This document shows, piece after piece, positions 24,790 through 38,840 of a stretch of 64,000 nt of DNA. The notes beneath the pieces were generated by a model that made no database searches, had not been told where the DNA came from, and saw only the letters and a program-made list of their open reading frames with translations. Each line of letters starts with the position of its first letter. The stretch's first letter is position 1. The position numbers and the translations under genes are program-made. The stretch is from Malacoraja senta (taxonomy: Eukaryota): NCBI GenBank assembly GCA_038087875.1, contig CM075991.1:10232001-10296000 (forward strand), written 5' to 3'.

Positions 24790-27700
24790 CCACTATCCTA
24801 CACACTGGGGACAATTTACCATTTTTACCAAAGCCAGTTAACCTACAAACCTGTACCTCTTTGGAATGCGGGAGGAAACCGGAGCACCCGGGGAAAACCC
24901 TCGCGGTCACGGGGAGAACGTGCAAACTCCGTACGGACAGCACCGGTAGTCAGGATCGAACCCGGGTCTCTGGCGCTGAAAGGCAGTAACTCTACCACTC
25001 CGCTGTGCCACCATGCTGCCACTAAACTGCATGCATGGCCATTGAGTTCCCTATGACTGTGGAGGGCAGGAGCCCATGTCTTCTCTTGACCTCCATGTGT
25101 GAAATACAGCAATCAGCTCATCTTGAAAGAGGTCGAGAGGGCAATAATAATTCCTCCGTCACCAAAATATCAGTGACGGGAGGAATCAATGCTTCATTGC
25201 TTGCCACCCTCAGTGAAAGAAAAATGGCTGGTGAGACACCGAAGCATCTATTTTCATGATGATCTCGGATTTGTTTCTCTCAAGCAGATTTTACATTCTG
25301 CCAGCATATTGATCCAAGACTTGCTCAAGACTTGCCAAGGTGTATTTTTTTATTTAATAGTGCACCGTAAATCTAATTAAGCATAATTGTCTAAATTCTA
25401 GATTATGAATGGCATGTTTGATGATTGATGCATCCATTCAGAAGTTGATATATTTTCATGTTCAACACACTGCTATGAAACACACCTCTTTGGCCTGAAC
25501 TCTACACCACATTACATTTCTCACTGTTTTTGTGGCTTCTGTAAACATCACAGGAAATTACAAATGGTAGGCAGAGAGTTTTACATCACTCAAGATTCCT
25601 CCCACCCCATTAACAATGTTTGTTGATCAGTTGACGTTAAAATGTAGGTTAAGTTGGTAATATTCTCACCTAAGTCAGAGTTTGTGAATTTAGTTTAGTT
25701 TAGCTTGGGACAGGCAAGCATCTCTGGAGAGAAGGAATGGGTGACGTTTTGGGTCGTGGCCCTTCCTACATACTTCAGCCCACCGAGTCCACACCGACCA
25801 TCGATCACCCATCCATGTTATCCCATTTTCTCATCCACTCACGTCGCACTAGGGCAATTTAAAGAGGACGGTTAAGGGCCTGTCCCACTTGGGCGACATT
25901 TTCGGCGACAGCCTGGAAAGAGGTTGTCGCCTCGTGGTCGGGGCGTGACGCATATATTGACGCGCGGTGTCTCCCTGTCGCCCCAGGATTTTGGAATATT
26001 CAAAATCCAGGGGCGACATCTGGGTGTCTCATCATGTCGTGCGCCCTGTCACCGCTGACGTACGCTGTCCTGCGGGTGACGCCCGGTTAGGGTGTTCAAC
26101 CTACGAATCCGCACGGCTTTTGTGATGTGCCTGGAGCAAGACCCACGCAGTCACAGGGAGAGCGTGCAAACTCCACACAGGCAGCACCCGAGGTCAGGAT
26201 CGAACCCGCGTCTCTGGCGCTGTGAGGCAGCAGCTGTAGCAACTGCGCCACCCAGCAGCTGGAATGGGAGACTCCAGCACAAAACAGAAGGTGTACAGTC
26301 CGATACAGACTGAGGGAGTGCCGCGCTGGTGGGAGATCCTTCTATACGGGCCAGACATTAACGTGAGGTCCCTCCGCGGGCGGCGCTGGATTTAAAACAC
26401 CGCGGAGCCTGGGATCAGAGATCGCCAGAGTCGGAGCTCCAACCAGCGCGGCCTGAGGACTTCGGGTGCCGCGATCTCCGGGAGGAAGCGGCCGCTCCAG
26501 ACATTTCCAAGCTGCTGAGGAGTGTTCACCCGACGCCGGAGTTCCATCTTCCCGGCAAGAGGGCCTGAAAACATCGGACTGGCTGCGGAGGCCACAAATA
26601 GGCCCCGACTGAACTTTCTGATGCCTTTCCCCACAGTGGAAAATTTTGATTCTGTTGTGGGGGGACGTTCATGTTGAATTTTATGATGTGTCGCGTCATT
26701 TTTCTTTTATGAAAATTTCCTATGGATGTACGGAAACGTAATTATTTCTTCTATTTAAAGCACTTTGGTTTCAACGCGAGTTGATTTAATCGTGCTATAT
26801 AAATAAAATGTACTTACTCTCAGAGAAACAGGAAATGCTGGAGGCACTCAACTGGTCAGCCAGCATGTGAAAGAAAAGCAAATTGAGCAACTCTTTAAAC
26901 TGAAATATCACATCTACTTCTCTCTCCACAGATGCTGCCTGACACGCTGAGTGTCCCTAGCATCTTCTGGTTTTATTACAAATGTCCAGCAACTGGAGTT
27001 TTAAATTTCCACTTCTCTCTGAAACACCTGTCTCAGGTGTAAAGTAAAAGACTCCATTGAGATATATAAGAGCAGAGGACATTTTTCAAGTGACATGGTC
27101 AAGTTATCCCTCGGTCATCTTCACTAAGTCATCTGGTTATTATCCCACTGCTACATAGAGGCCACAATTAGTAAACACCAGTGGTACTGTGGCGCAGTGG
27201 TAGAGTTGCTGCCTTACAACACCACAGACCCGGGTTCCATACTGCCTATGGGTGCTTGTCCGTACGGAGTTTGTACGTTCTCCCTGTGTCTGGGATTTCC
27301 AGTTTCCTCCCACATTCCAAAGACAGATTTGTAGGCCAATTGGCTTGGTATAATTGTAAATTGTCCCTAGTGTGTGTAGGATCGTGTTAATGCACTGGAA
27401 TCTCTGGTCGGTGCGGACTTGGTGGGCCGAAGGGCCTATTTCCACGTTGTATCAACAGATAGAGAACAGTATGGAAGAGAACATCCTCTTTACAGTGTAG
27501 ACAAAAGTGCTGGAGAAACTCAGCTGGTGAGGCAGCATCTATGGAGCGAAGGAATTGGTGACGTTTTGGGTCGAGCCCCGGATGGTACTTTACAGTGTAC
27601 TATGTGTACATATTCTGTGTGCTGCTGCAAGTAAGAATTTCAATGTTCCGTTTCGGGACATATGACAATAAAACACTCTTGGCTCTTTTTTTCCAGTGCA

Positions 27701-28872
27701 GGATTTTACTACAAAAGGACGTTTGCAAGAACGTGTTGTTATTTCCGACAATGATTGCACATAAAAAGGACCACAGTGGCTGTAAGCTCCACTCGATGCT
27801 CTTTGCTGTAAAGCACTATCTGACGACCGGAGGCTCTGAAACACTCTTCAGTAATGCAAGTGTTTTTTTTTTAGCTCTGCAGTGTTTCTTTGTGTAGAAT
27901 ACTTTGCAAGAGTGTATCAGACCTTGACAACAAAAAGAACACATTCAGGCTGGGATTACAATACTCAGGGGTTATAGGGAACTCCCGAAGAACTGAGGTT
28001 TGGTGACTTACTGCTGCATTCTTCCTAATGTTACAGACCGACTGCATTACATAAACAGCACTGTCTTGCACACGGGGGACAATTTACAATTTTTACAGAA
28101 GCCAATTAACCTACAAATCTAAAGTAGACACAACATGCTGGAGTAACTATCGCAGTCGCTGCCTCAAAAAGGCTGGCAGTATCATCAAGGACCCACACCA
28201 TCCTGGCCACACACTCATCTCCCCGCCCGCTACCTTCAGGTAGAAGGTACAGGAGCCTGAAGACTGCAACGACCAGGTTCAGGAATAACTACTTCCCCAC
28301 AGCCATCAGGCTATTAAACTTGGCTCGGACAAAACTCTGAACATTAATAGCCCATTATCTGTTTTTTGCACTTTATCAGTTTATTTATTCATGTGTGTAT
28401 ATATTTATATAATGGTATATGGACACACTGATCTGTTTTGTATTCATGCCTACTATATTCCGTTGTGCTGAAGCAAAGCAAGAATTTCATTGTCCTATCA
28501 GGGACACATGACAATAAACTCTCTTGAATCTTGAATCTTAACAGCGGGTCAGGCAGCATCTCTTCTCTTCTCTTCGACGCCCATTCCTTCTCTCCAGAGA
28601 TGCTGCCTGACCCGCTGAGTTACTCCAGCATTTTGTGTCTACCTTCGATTTAAACCAGCATCTGCAGTTCTTTCTCACACAACCTACAAACCTATACGTC
28701 TTTGGACTGTGGGAGGAAACTGGAGCACCCGAAGAAAACTCGCGCAGTCACAGGGAGAGCGTACAAACTCCGTAAAGATAGCACCAGCAGTCAGGATCGA
28801 ACCCGGGTCTCTGGTGCTGTGGGGCAACTCTACCGCTGTGCCTGGTCTGGGATCTGCAGAAGAATTGGACCC

Positions 28873-29267
28873 CAAAGATCCTATAGACCAAGATAGACCA
28901 CTCCTGCTAAATGCAATGGGCTGACGTGTAGTACGCAACGGAGCGGAACGTGGGCCTTTTTTTCATCCATTTCCGTAACCGGACCCGACCCGCAGTGTAA
29001 TCAACGTTACAGGGGAACAGTTTGTGTTGATAAATTAAAATTCTGAAAATGAGAAGATTTTTACCAAATAACTTTTATTTTTTCGAGGATGTTTCCGTAA
29101 CCGGCTTCCGTCGCCGCACTAGTTATCTTTGCTCCGCTATGGGGATCTTTGGTGCGGAGACGGAAGCCGGTTACGGAAATGGGGCCTAAAATGACCCATG
29201 AATCTGCCCATGACCGTACTACGTCTTTTTCGTCAAGTGGTCTATCTTGGTCGCTGTAGGATCTTTG
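28873..29267. mobile_element. hAT-type MITE, 395 bp
   Basis: ~30-bp imperfect TIR CAAAGATCCTATAG..CCAAGATAGACCACT; 8-bp TSD TTGGACCC/ATGGACCC (7/8). Confidence 0.8.
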
Positions 29268-29724
29268 ATGGACCCAAGCTAAACCAAAGTAATTCATGTA
29301 CCCTGATAGCCATCATCCACTCAGCCATTAGCTGCCATGCGGAAGATGCGATGAGAACCCGGGCCCATTTTAAATCTAAGCATGGAATTATTATTTATTA
29401 AATCAATTTCTTTTCATCTCGTTTCAGTTGAATTATTTTTTATTTGCCTTCCCCTGAATTAACCGCACACATTAAAAAATCAATGGTTTCACGCACTGGA
29501 TTGCACCGCCATTAGTCTTTGCAAATTTGCAAATTAAATTTTCATTGCAACTTTGCCTTAATGGTGTCAGTCATTCCATTCCCTTCCTGAAGCCTTACTC
29601 GTTTATTGATGAGAAGTGATGCGTTGTAAAATGATTGTAGGCTTTTGAGAAACAGAGACGAGCAACTTTCTCAGTCATCAGCCATCACCATATTTGATAC
29701 AAGTCCGGCGTAAACATTTGGGTA

Positions 29725-30128
29725 AACATACGATGAGCGTTGGAAGCCACTGGGCCTGTACCTCCGCTGGAGTTTAGAAGGATGAGGGGGGGGGGGGGGG
29801 GGACCTCATTGAAACTTACCAAATACTGAAAGGCGTGGATAGAGTGGATGTGGAGAGAATGTTTCCACTAGAGGGAGAGTATTGGACCAGAGGTCATAGC
29901 CTCAGAATAAAAGGATGTACCTTTAGAAAGATGAGAAGGAATTTCTTTAGTCAGAGGGTGGTAAATCTGCGGAATTCATTGCCACAGACGGCTGTAGAGG
30001 CCAAGTCAATAGATATTTTTAAGGCGGAGATTGACAGATTCTTGATTACTATGGGTGTCAGGGGTCATGGGGCGAAGGCAGGAGAATGGGTTTGAGAGGG
30101 AACGATAGATGAGCCATGATTGAATGGC
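29725..30128 (+). mobile_element. CR1 LINE 3' fragment
   Basis: TRGHSLRIKG..FFSQRVVNL.NSLP. Confidence 0.85.
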
Positions 30129-31269
30129 TCAGCAGTAGTGTTGCTGCCTCACAGCGCCGGAAGCCTGGGTTTGATCATGAATACTGGTACTGTCTGTACG
30201 GAGTTTGTACGCTTTTCCCGTTACCGCTCGGGTTTTCTCTGGATACTCTGGTTTCTTCCCACACTCAAAAGACCTACAGGTTTGTAGGTTAATAGGTTCA
30301 TAAATGATTGTGTGTGTGTGAGAGAGAGAGAGAAAGTACTTGAGTGCAGGGCTCGCTGGTCGGCATGGACTCAGTGGGACGAAGGTTGGACGAAGACTGT
30401 TTCCCTGCTGTACCTCTAAACCAAACAACTAACCTTAACTATGGACCACTTTTGGTTGCGCTAAGGATTTCAGTGTATTTTTTTTCCACTAGCATTGACG
30501 TTATTAATCGACTGAAGCGTTGCTAATTATCTATCATCTGTGCATTGTGTTTACAGGCCTGTTATATTGCAGCAAGAACACATTTCATTGTTCTCTTCTC
30601 AGTGCATGTGACAATTATACACTCTTGAAGAGACTATCTCTTGATTGTTTTGTTCTGGACAATACACCTTGTCGAAGATATATTGTTCTTGGAGTGAGTA
30701 ACAAGCACTTGAATTACACAAGGCTTTTAAGTGGTTAAAATACAAGGACATGTTGTATATATCGGTTTAAATATCTCTTTGAGTGTTCAAAATTGAGAGA
30801 CGTTCAACATATTAAAAAATATTCATTGGACTAAATGCTGACAGTCACTTTTTCCCTGGTTGGGAGGATTCAGAACCAGAGGCACGACTTTAGAGTCGGC
30901 TCACATTGCACTGAAATCAGAGACGTTTATCATGCTGTGGAAATATGGAATTTCATCCCCAAAATAAGCCTCTAAGATCAGGGTTAAATGACAATTGCAT
31001 GATGCATATTAGGTAAAGATAGAGAAATGCAGCAAAGCTGGATAAAGGAAGGATATCGCTCACTAAAGGACTCAAGGGATGGATCATTTCACACCCGCTC
31101 TCACAGTCCGAACATCAGTAGGTGCGGTGAATGACAGCATGATGCCAACAATCCTCTGACCTTCCATACCTGCCGATATTTTCCACTCTCTGGAATTTGT
31201 CCTGCTCTCTTGCATGTCGAATCGGTAGTAAAGAAAGCAAACTCTTATTTCGAGAGGGTGTGTGTAGGA

Positions 31270-31800
31270 AAACAGGGATGTAATGCTGAGACTCTCTCTA
31301 GAAGGCGTTGGTCAGGCCGCATTGGAATATTGTGAGCAATTTTGGGCACAAGGATGTGCTGGCTCTGGAGAGGCTCCAGAGAATGATCCCAGGAAAGAGT
31401 AGGTTAAACTATGATGAGCATTTGTCATCATAGGTTAACCTATGGGAGTTTAGAATGAGCGGGGGGAAATGTACAGAATAGTAAAAGACATGGATAGAGT
31501 GGATGTGGAAGAGTCTAGAACTAGAGGTCATAGCCTCAAAATTAAAGGATGTTCTTTTAGGAAGGTGATGAGGAATTTCTTTAGTAAGAGGGTGGTGAAT
31601 CTGTGGAATTCTTTGCCACAGAAGGCTGTGGAGGCTGTCAGTGGATATTTTTAAGGCAGCGATAGTACAGGTCTTGATTAGTACAGGTTATAGGGAGAAG
31701 ACAGGAGAATGGGGTTAGGAGGGAGAGATAGATCAACCATGATTGAAAGGCCGTGTAGACTTGATGTAGACCTCAAAGGCCTAATTCTGCTCCTATCACT
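31270..31800 (+). mobile_element. Degenerate CR1 LINE 3' fragment
   Basis: RTRGHSLKIKG..FFSKRVVNLWNSLP plus CR1 tail. Confidence 0.85.
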
Positions 31801-34737
31801 TATGGTCTCCTCAAGGTATGACCGTATGACATACTTACACGATAGAACATGGAACAGTATAGCACAAGAACAGGCCCTTCGGCCCACAACGTCTGTGCTG
31901 AACATAATGTCAAAATAAACTAATCTCATCTGCCGAAGATAGACACAAAATTCTGGAGCAACTCAGCGGGTCAGGCAACTTCTCTGGAGAACATGGATGG
32001 GGGATGTTTCGGGTCGGAATCCTTCTTCCAGTCTGATGGGTTCCAACCGCAAACGTCACCTATTCCTTTTCACCAGAGTTGCTGATTGACCCGCTGAGCT
32101 ACTCCAGCATTTTGTGTCTATCTTCGGTATAAACCAGCATCTGCAGTTCTTTCCTGCACATAATCCCATCTGCCTGCACATGGTCTATATCCTTTAATCA
32201 TTTGAATAGCCATGGGCTGATCTCACAGCCTCTCAATGCAAGATTATTTTTGCATGTAGAGGCTGTTCAATGGGCACATGGATATTTAGATGATTAAGGG
32301 TTGTAGATCCATGTGCAGGCAGGTTGTTCCACAGAAGCACAACGAAATCTCTCCTAAATTATGACCAAAATTCCTGAAGTATTAGGAGCACTTTCTGCAC
32401 CATTTCAATATTGAACTGGTTTTACATTTTGACTGGGGTTGCCAGTACGGAGGGGAGTGCAAGGAGATGTAAATGGGGACATACACAGGCGGAATTAGTG
32501 AGCAAGAACATAGTAAATGAAATGAAATGTCGAAATATAGTGAGGTCATTTATTTTGCTAAACGTTACAGAAAAGCAGAGTTGTTACAAATGGCGAGAGA
32601 TTGGGAAAAGTTGATGTTCAGAAGGACCTAGGTATGCTTGTACATCAATGAAATCCAACATGCAGGTGTAGTGGGTGGAATTCATTGCCACAGAAGGCTG
32701 TGGAGGCCAAGTCAATGGATAAGAAATAGATATAGATTCCTGATTAGTACGGGTGTCAGGGGTTATGAGGAGAAGGCAGGAGAATGGTGTTAGGAGCGAA
32801 CGATAGTCCAGTCATGATTGAATGGCGGAGTAGACTTCATGAGCCGAATATGAATTATGAATATCAATTATGAATTTATGATTATAACTGGACCCACGCA
32901 CAAGCTTGGCCATACACGTCCTCTGAGGGACGTTCTCTGAGGGAGGGCTATATGTATGTATTTATGTATGTACTTAATCTATGAACCACTGTTGTATAAC
33001 GTTAGTACCTCCACCAATGTAAAGCACTTTGGTCCACGAGAGTTGTTTTGTAAATGTGCTATAGAAATAAAAGTGACTTGACTCGACTATGATTAGGAAG
33101 AGATAGTTTTTATTATGATCTGAATCCAGCGGTAAGGAAGTTTCACTGCAAATACACTGGGCCTTGATTGAGACAGTGCCTGGGAGTACAATGTATATTT
33201 TTGGTCTACTTACATAAAATAAAAAGGATTTACTTACCATTGAGAAGTGAAGATGCGTTAGGCTCCAGATTCCAAGGATGTCAGGCTTGTTGCACGAGAG
33301 TTTGAATACATTCGTCCATCTTCCCAAGTGTGGAATTGGTGATCACATAGAAGGGCACAAAATGCTGTCGTAATTGAGTGGATCAGGCAGCATCTCTGGA
33401 GAACATCGATAGGTGATGTTTTAGGAAACGTCACCAATCCATGTCCTCCAGAGATGGTGCCTGACCCGATTAGTTACTCCAGCACTTTGTGTCCTCTTTG
33501 TGTAAACCAGCATTTGCAGTTCCTTCTTTTTACATAGCGATCGCATACAACTGAAAACATTCTCAAGTTTGACGCAGGAAAGTTGAGGGAGTCCGAAACC
33601 AGGGGTCAGTCTCTTTTTAAAAAGGGGGCAGACGTTTACGAGATGTTTTTGAAATTTGGGAAGATTTCTTCACCCATTGGGCGGTGAATCTACGTAAATC
33701 CTTACTCTGTGTCAGCCGTGTCCGTGAGTTCATTCAAAACTTTAGATTGATTACGGGAATCAAGGGATAGGGGGGTAGTGCAGGGAAATGGCACCAAGGG
33801 AAATCAGTGCATCCTTTGCAAAACCTATTTGAGGCTGCTCATAACATGAATGCAGGAAGACATTTAACTTTGGCTTTAAGGGGGAGATGCAGGATGTGCA
33901 CTGGATTACAAACCAGCACTGCATTACAAATTGCACTGGATTACAAACCAGTCCAGTATTCAACTGCCTCCTGAGGCTCCAGTGACCATTGTGATGGTGT
34001 TGGTGGTTAAGAGGTGCTGAGAGGCAATGGCAAAGGCTTCGACCCTGGTTGCTCAGCCTTTGATCCACGAATTGATAACAAAATACAGGCCATCCAGTGT
34101 GACAAACGGGTCCCGTATTTACAGATGTCCTCAGGAACACAAAACCACTTGATATGGTGAACGTACCTCCATAGTATCGTAATGAATGGCAGCAAATACA
34201 CCTAGTACTGACAAGAATTAACAATCACTAAAAGTGGAAAGGGAAGAAGAAACTACTTCTGCCGTTCGTAAGGAATGAACATTATTATATGTCTGAGGGA
34301 CTTTTGAATTTAATATTATTGTGGGAGCTTGTTCGTATGTAGGGGTGTCCATTAGTTCATAACCTGGGAGAGGCCTGTACCAATATAGCCCCAGCTTGTT
34401 CAGGGTAAACCAGTGGTGAAATTTAACTATGGAACCAACTAATACTGAAAATTGTGCTGCTTTATTAATATTGTTGCAAACAGAGTCTGCGCCTTTGAGC
34501 GTGCTGTAAAATATGAAATATTGCTGTTGAGCAAAATCCTCTTAAAGTGTCCTAATTCTGCTCCTAGGACATATGAAGTTATGAAAATGCATATGGCATC
34601 CAATGGTCCATTGATCTCAGGTGGGGCAAAATTAAGCAGCGGTGGATGCAAAGCAAGCAATTAATTATGTGGAAGGCAGAGGGTTAACACCAAGATATTC
34701 TGTAGCAGCTGCCCTTTCATTCAGCTAAATTAAGATG

Positions 34738-35045
34738 GTTTAGTTTAGTTTAGAGATACAGTGAGGAACCAGGCCCTTCGGCCCACCTAGTCTACACCGA
34801 TCAGCGATCCTTGCACATTAACACTATCCTACACACTAGGGACAGTTCACACTAGTGACATTTATACCAAGCCAATTAACCCACAAGCCGGCACGTCTTT
34901 GTTGCGTGGGAGGAAACCGAAGATCTCAGAGAAAACCCACCCGGTCATGGGGAGAACGTGCAAACTCCGTACGGACAGCACCCGTAGTCGGGATCGATCC
35001 CGGGTGTCCGGCGCATGTACGGCAGCAAATTACCGCCGTGCCGCC
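34738..35045 (-). mobile_element. V-SINE (HE1-like) just beyond the KAT6A 3' end
   Basis: (TTTAG)n tail, V-domain and box B on the minus strand. Confidence 0.85.
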
Positions 35046-35224
35046 CCCGATGGCGTTGCGCTTAATGTTTTGAACGGACAGGATAAAAGTAGAAACATAT
35101 AATGCACACTTTCACTCAACGATAACCATTGCTACTGTGTGTGCTGCTGCAAGAACGCTTGCTCCCCAATCGCGCCCTTTTGATCAAAACACTGCAGGTC
35201 AGCTCAAAAGACAGACATCCAAAA

Positions 35225-37850
35225 ATGGCTCAACATAATTTATTTATGTTAAAATGTACAGAGGTCTTTGAAAGTACTTGCTAGAAAGAAAAATGATATT
35301 ACATACAAGGGAGATGAAGAGGGAGTGTGGCCGGTGCTGGCAACTGTGTACACAGGCCATGTTAATCCCTCCTCGTAGCTTACAGTCACCATGTACAAGT
35401 ACAAAGGCTACAAAAAAGAAAGCAATATAAACAGACATGAATATTCAGCTTTTTACATGCGGCTTGGAGTCTGGAGGAGGTCTATTCACACACACTATAA
35501 GTCTTGAGAATTTATTTTTCTTAAAATAGCTTCAATATTCTACAACAAAGATAGAAAAACTCTAGAGATGGAATGAAATGTGAGTTCTTTAAAAGGCATC
35601 TGAGAATCACTAACAGATTCAGTTAAGATTACCCAAGTTTAGCTGCTAAAAATACCTCTTAACAGAATTGAAAAATGACAAGTACCAATATTATGTAGGA
35701 TAAATTCATTTTTAATATAGAAAAACATTTTCTATAATAATCCTAAAGTCAAAATGAGCCAGTTTAGCTTTCAAAAAAGGAAGCTGCCTGATCCAACAAA
35801 CCAAGAACACCAGAAACAATGAGAAGGAGAAAAGAAAAATCTTCTTTGTCAATCTGTAATATATCTGGTGCTCTGGGCTAAAACTGGGTTGTTTTTTTTT
35901 CCTTTTCTTTTTTAAAAACATCTTCCCTTCTCCCTCCCACCCCACCCCAAATCAACAGTATTCCATCAATCACACTTGAAGGCCAGCCCAGAAGTGTGGA
36001 GTGGTTTTTTTTGTTGTTGTTTTTTTTTGTTTTGATGGATGCAATTCCAATAATGGGACTCGCTACGAATTAAAAAATAAACCACCGGGTGTGACACGGG
36101 CCCACAGGCATACAAGTGGGCGAGTTGCCAAACATGCATGTTTTTCAAACTCTCGCCCGCCGCTGTGGGAAGATTTCACATCACATCATGTTCTTTTGTT
36201 TTCCTTTGAAAAAGCATGAGATTAATCGGACGGTGGGGAAAAGAGAAGGATGCGACTGGTGAACGGACTGCGTGGTGTGGACCTGCACCGATGATACACA
36301 TCTCTGGGCTGGGTTGGCTGCCAGCTACAATCCAGCAACATTTCCTAACCCCCCCCACCCCCTCCCCTATCACTTGACCTTACATGGGTTGCATGGTGGT
36401 GGGCTTCAGAAACAGGGAGCCTGCCACTTGCCTTATCTGACGACATCCTGGCTGTAAACCTCTCTTTGACAGTTCAGTACCATTTATCACCACTGAACCA
36501 TTTCCCTCGTCTCACATTCAAGATGATTATTTTTCCTTTTGGTACCCACAGCTCTGGGGTTTGGGATGCCGACGAGCATCTCTTAACGTACCCCCCTCAC
36601 ACTGTCCTGTCGATGTACATACACCACCAATTCCTCTCTTACAACCCATCTCCTTTGTCTCCACCTGGAAGATACCAGGGGATTGCTGAACTCTGATAAC
36701 CAAACACCATTGACAGTGTCAGATGGTGGCAAACAAGAGTCAAGATAATCCTCTCCTTAACTACGCGACTCCTGAGCTAATCTTGCCACCTAGTGAGCTA
36801 ATTGAGACTGGATTTGGAAGCAGTGTGTGATTACGGGGTCGGGCAGGTGAGGGAATTAAAAAAAAAACGTTGTTGCAAACATAGCAGTTTTTTTTGGATC
36901 TGATAAATATTCTGAACTGGAACCAAAAATACATAGTCTGACAAATCTGAATAGGTTTCTCATGATTGAGAATTTTACTTAAGAAAAATAAAGTGGAAAT
37001 TAAATGTTTTTTAAGCCTCAAATGTTCAGGACCCTGGGCTGTCCTTCGAAAGTGCCGGGAACAAATACTGTCAATTCTCATAAAAAAATAAAGGCGTACG
37101 AGTGAAATGGCTTGCAGTGACACAAGAAGCAATGTTAAAAACATAGTTATAACATACGTGAAAATGCTCTTGGCCTGTTGCATGCTGCGCTCGAGTCAAA
37201 CTCAATACCAACGGGTGGGAAAAAGGGTGCCCTCAGCATTAAGGTTGGAAGTCCCATCCACAAGCGCACAAGCGATCTGGTTTCACCTACTGGCATGGGG
37301 GGGGGGGGGGGGGGGGGTTGGGGGTGGGGGTGGGATACAGAGAGATCAATAAATTACAGCCACACCTGCAACAATATCACCAAGGCAGAGTATGGAATAA
37401 GTGCCTCCTGCCCTGTGCCAAGTCAATAAACGGAGACCTGGCCAGTCCTCCCTCAGGGGCTCACATATCTATGGACTCTATAAAAATGTGGACTGCACAC
37501 ACAAACTGAAAGATTAAAAAAATTAAAATATAAAAAGCAGATAGTTTTTCATTTCTACAATTCATTAAGTAAGGCTTCTTTTAATTAAAAGATTTCTTGG
37601 TGCATGGTTCCTTAAACCATTTTTTTTCTTATTGAATTCTGTTGCAGAATTTCTCTTTCTTCTTTTTTTCTCTCTCTCTCGGGGCTGGGAAATTAAGGCC
37701 AAGGCGCTGCGAACATGGCCTTAAGCAGTTCATGAAATTCCTATGTCTACAGCAACCGTTCTATTTGAAATTTCCATTATTTCTGTTGTCGAAGAGTATA
37801 AACAGTGGCTTTATCTTTTTTTTTTAAATGTCGCCTCCAAGAAGCTTCCC
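35225..37850 (-). other. KAT6A: Probable KAT6A 3'UTR
   Basis: AT/U-rich, no recognisable TE over 2.6 kb, ends near minus-strand AATAAA at 35239-35244 (second AATAAA at 35511-35516). Confidence 0.65.
35239..35244 (-). terminator. Candidate polyadenylation signal AATAAA for KAT6A
   Basis: Plus-strand tttatt at the distal edge of the TE-free block, followed on the minus strand by TG-rich sequence. Confidence 0.55.
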
Positions 37851-38774
37851 TCATCTTCTCATGTACGGGCTATTTAGTGATTGCTTGGCCATGCCAGTGT
37901 TCATGTAGCTGTGGTGAGAGGGGCCAGTGTACATCACATTGCCGTGGTGTTGGGCTGCATGTGTTGCTGCGTAGGGCTGGCTGCCCATCATGCCCATCTG
38001 CATCTGCATGGGATACTGGGCGGTTTGGTTCATGTAGGCCGCGTTGCCGTGGTAGCCGCTGTTCATCATCGGCTGGCTCATGCGGTAGCTGCCCATGGGG
38101 TTCAGCGGGTTCATGTTCATGGAGTTGACGTTGTAGGCGGGGGCGGGCATCAGGTTGACGCCCATGTTCATGCCCCGCTGGACCGTGATGGCGCGCTGGG
38201 CCAGGGCCGGGGTGTGCGGCCGTAGATCTGCTGCTGGTGGGTGGCGGCGGCGGCGGCGGCGGCGGCGGCCGGCAGCGGAGCCGACTTGGAGCGGTTGGAG
38301 ATGTGGCCCTTGGCCGGCATCTGGCCCTGCAGCCGCTGGGTGTGGGGGATGCCGAGGTTGGAGGTGCCCATGTTGCACTGCAGCAGGGGCGAGGACAGGT
38401 TCATGGAGGGCGACGCCAGGTTGGGCGGCGGGGTCATGGTGGCCTGCACTTGGGGCGTGCCCGCCAGCGAGTGGGGCGTGGGGGCCAGCTGAGCCAGGCC
38501 CGAGTTGGACAGAGACACGCTGGTTGCATAGGAGGTCACAGCGGCCGAGTGGCTGTAAGGCATGGCATGATGGTCCATGATGGTGTTGGTCAGCTGCTGA
38601 AGCCTGGCCAGGCTGAAGTTGGCCGAGGGCTGAGGGTAGCCTCCGGCTCCAAAGTCCCCCTGGCCCATTCTGTCGTACAGGCTCATGGCGGCAGCGTTGG
38701 CCGACTCGGGGATCTCCATCAGAGTCATGGGGGCCGTGGTGAAGCTGTTACTCATGCTGCACTGGGACAGCGGT

Positions 38775-38840
<66 letters not shown>

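Noticed and set aside
33897..33951. Short direct duplication TGCACTGGATTACAAACCAG
   Set aside because: Local slippage duplication with no further structure
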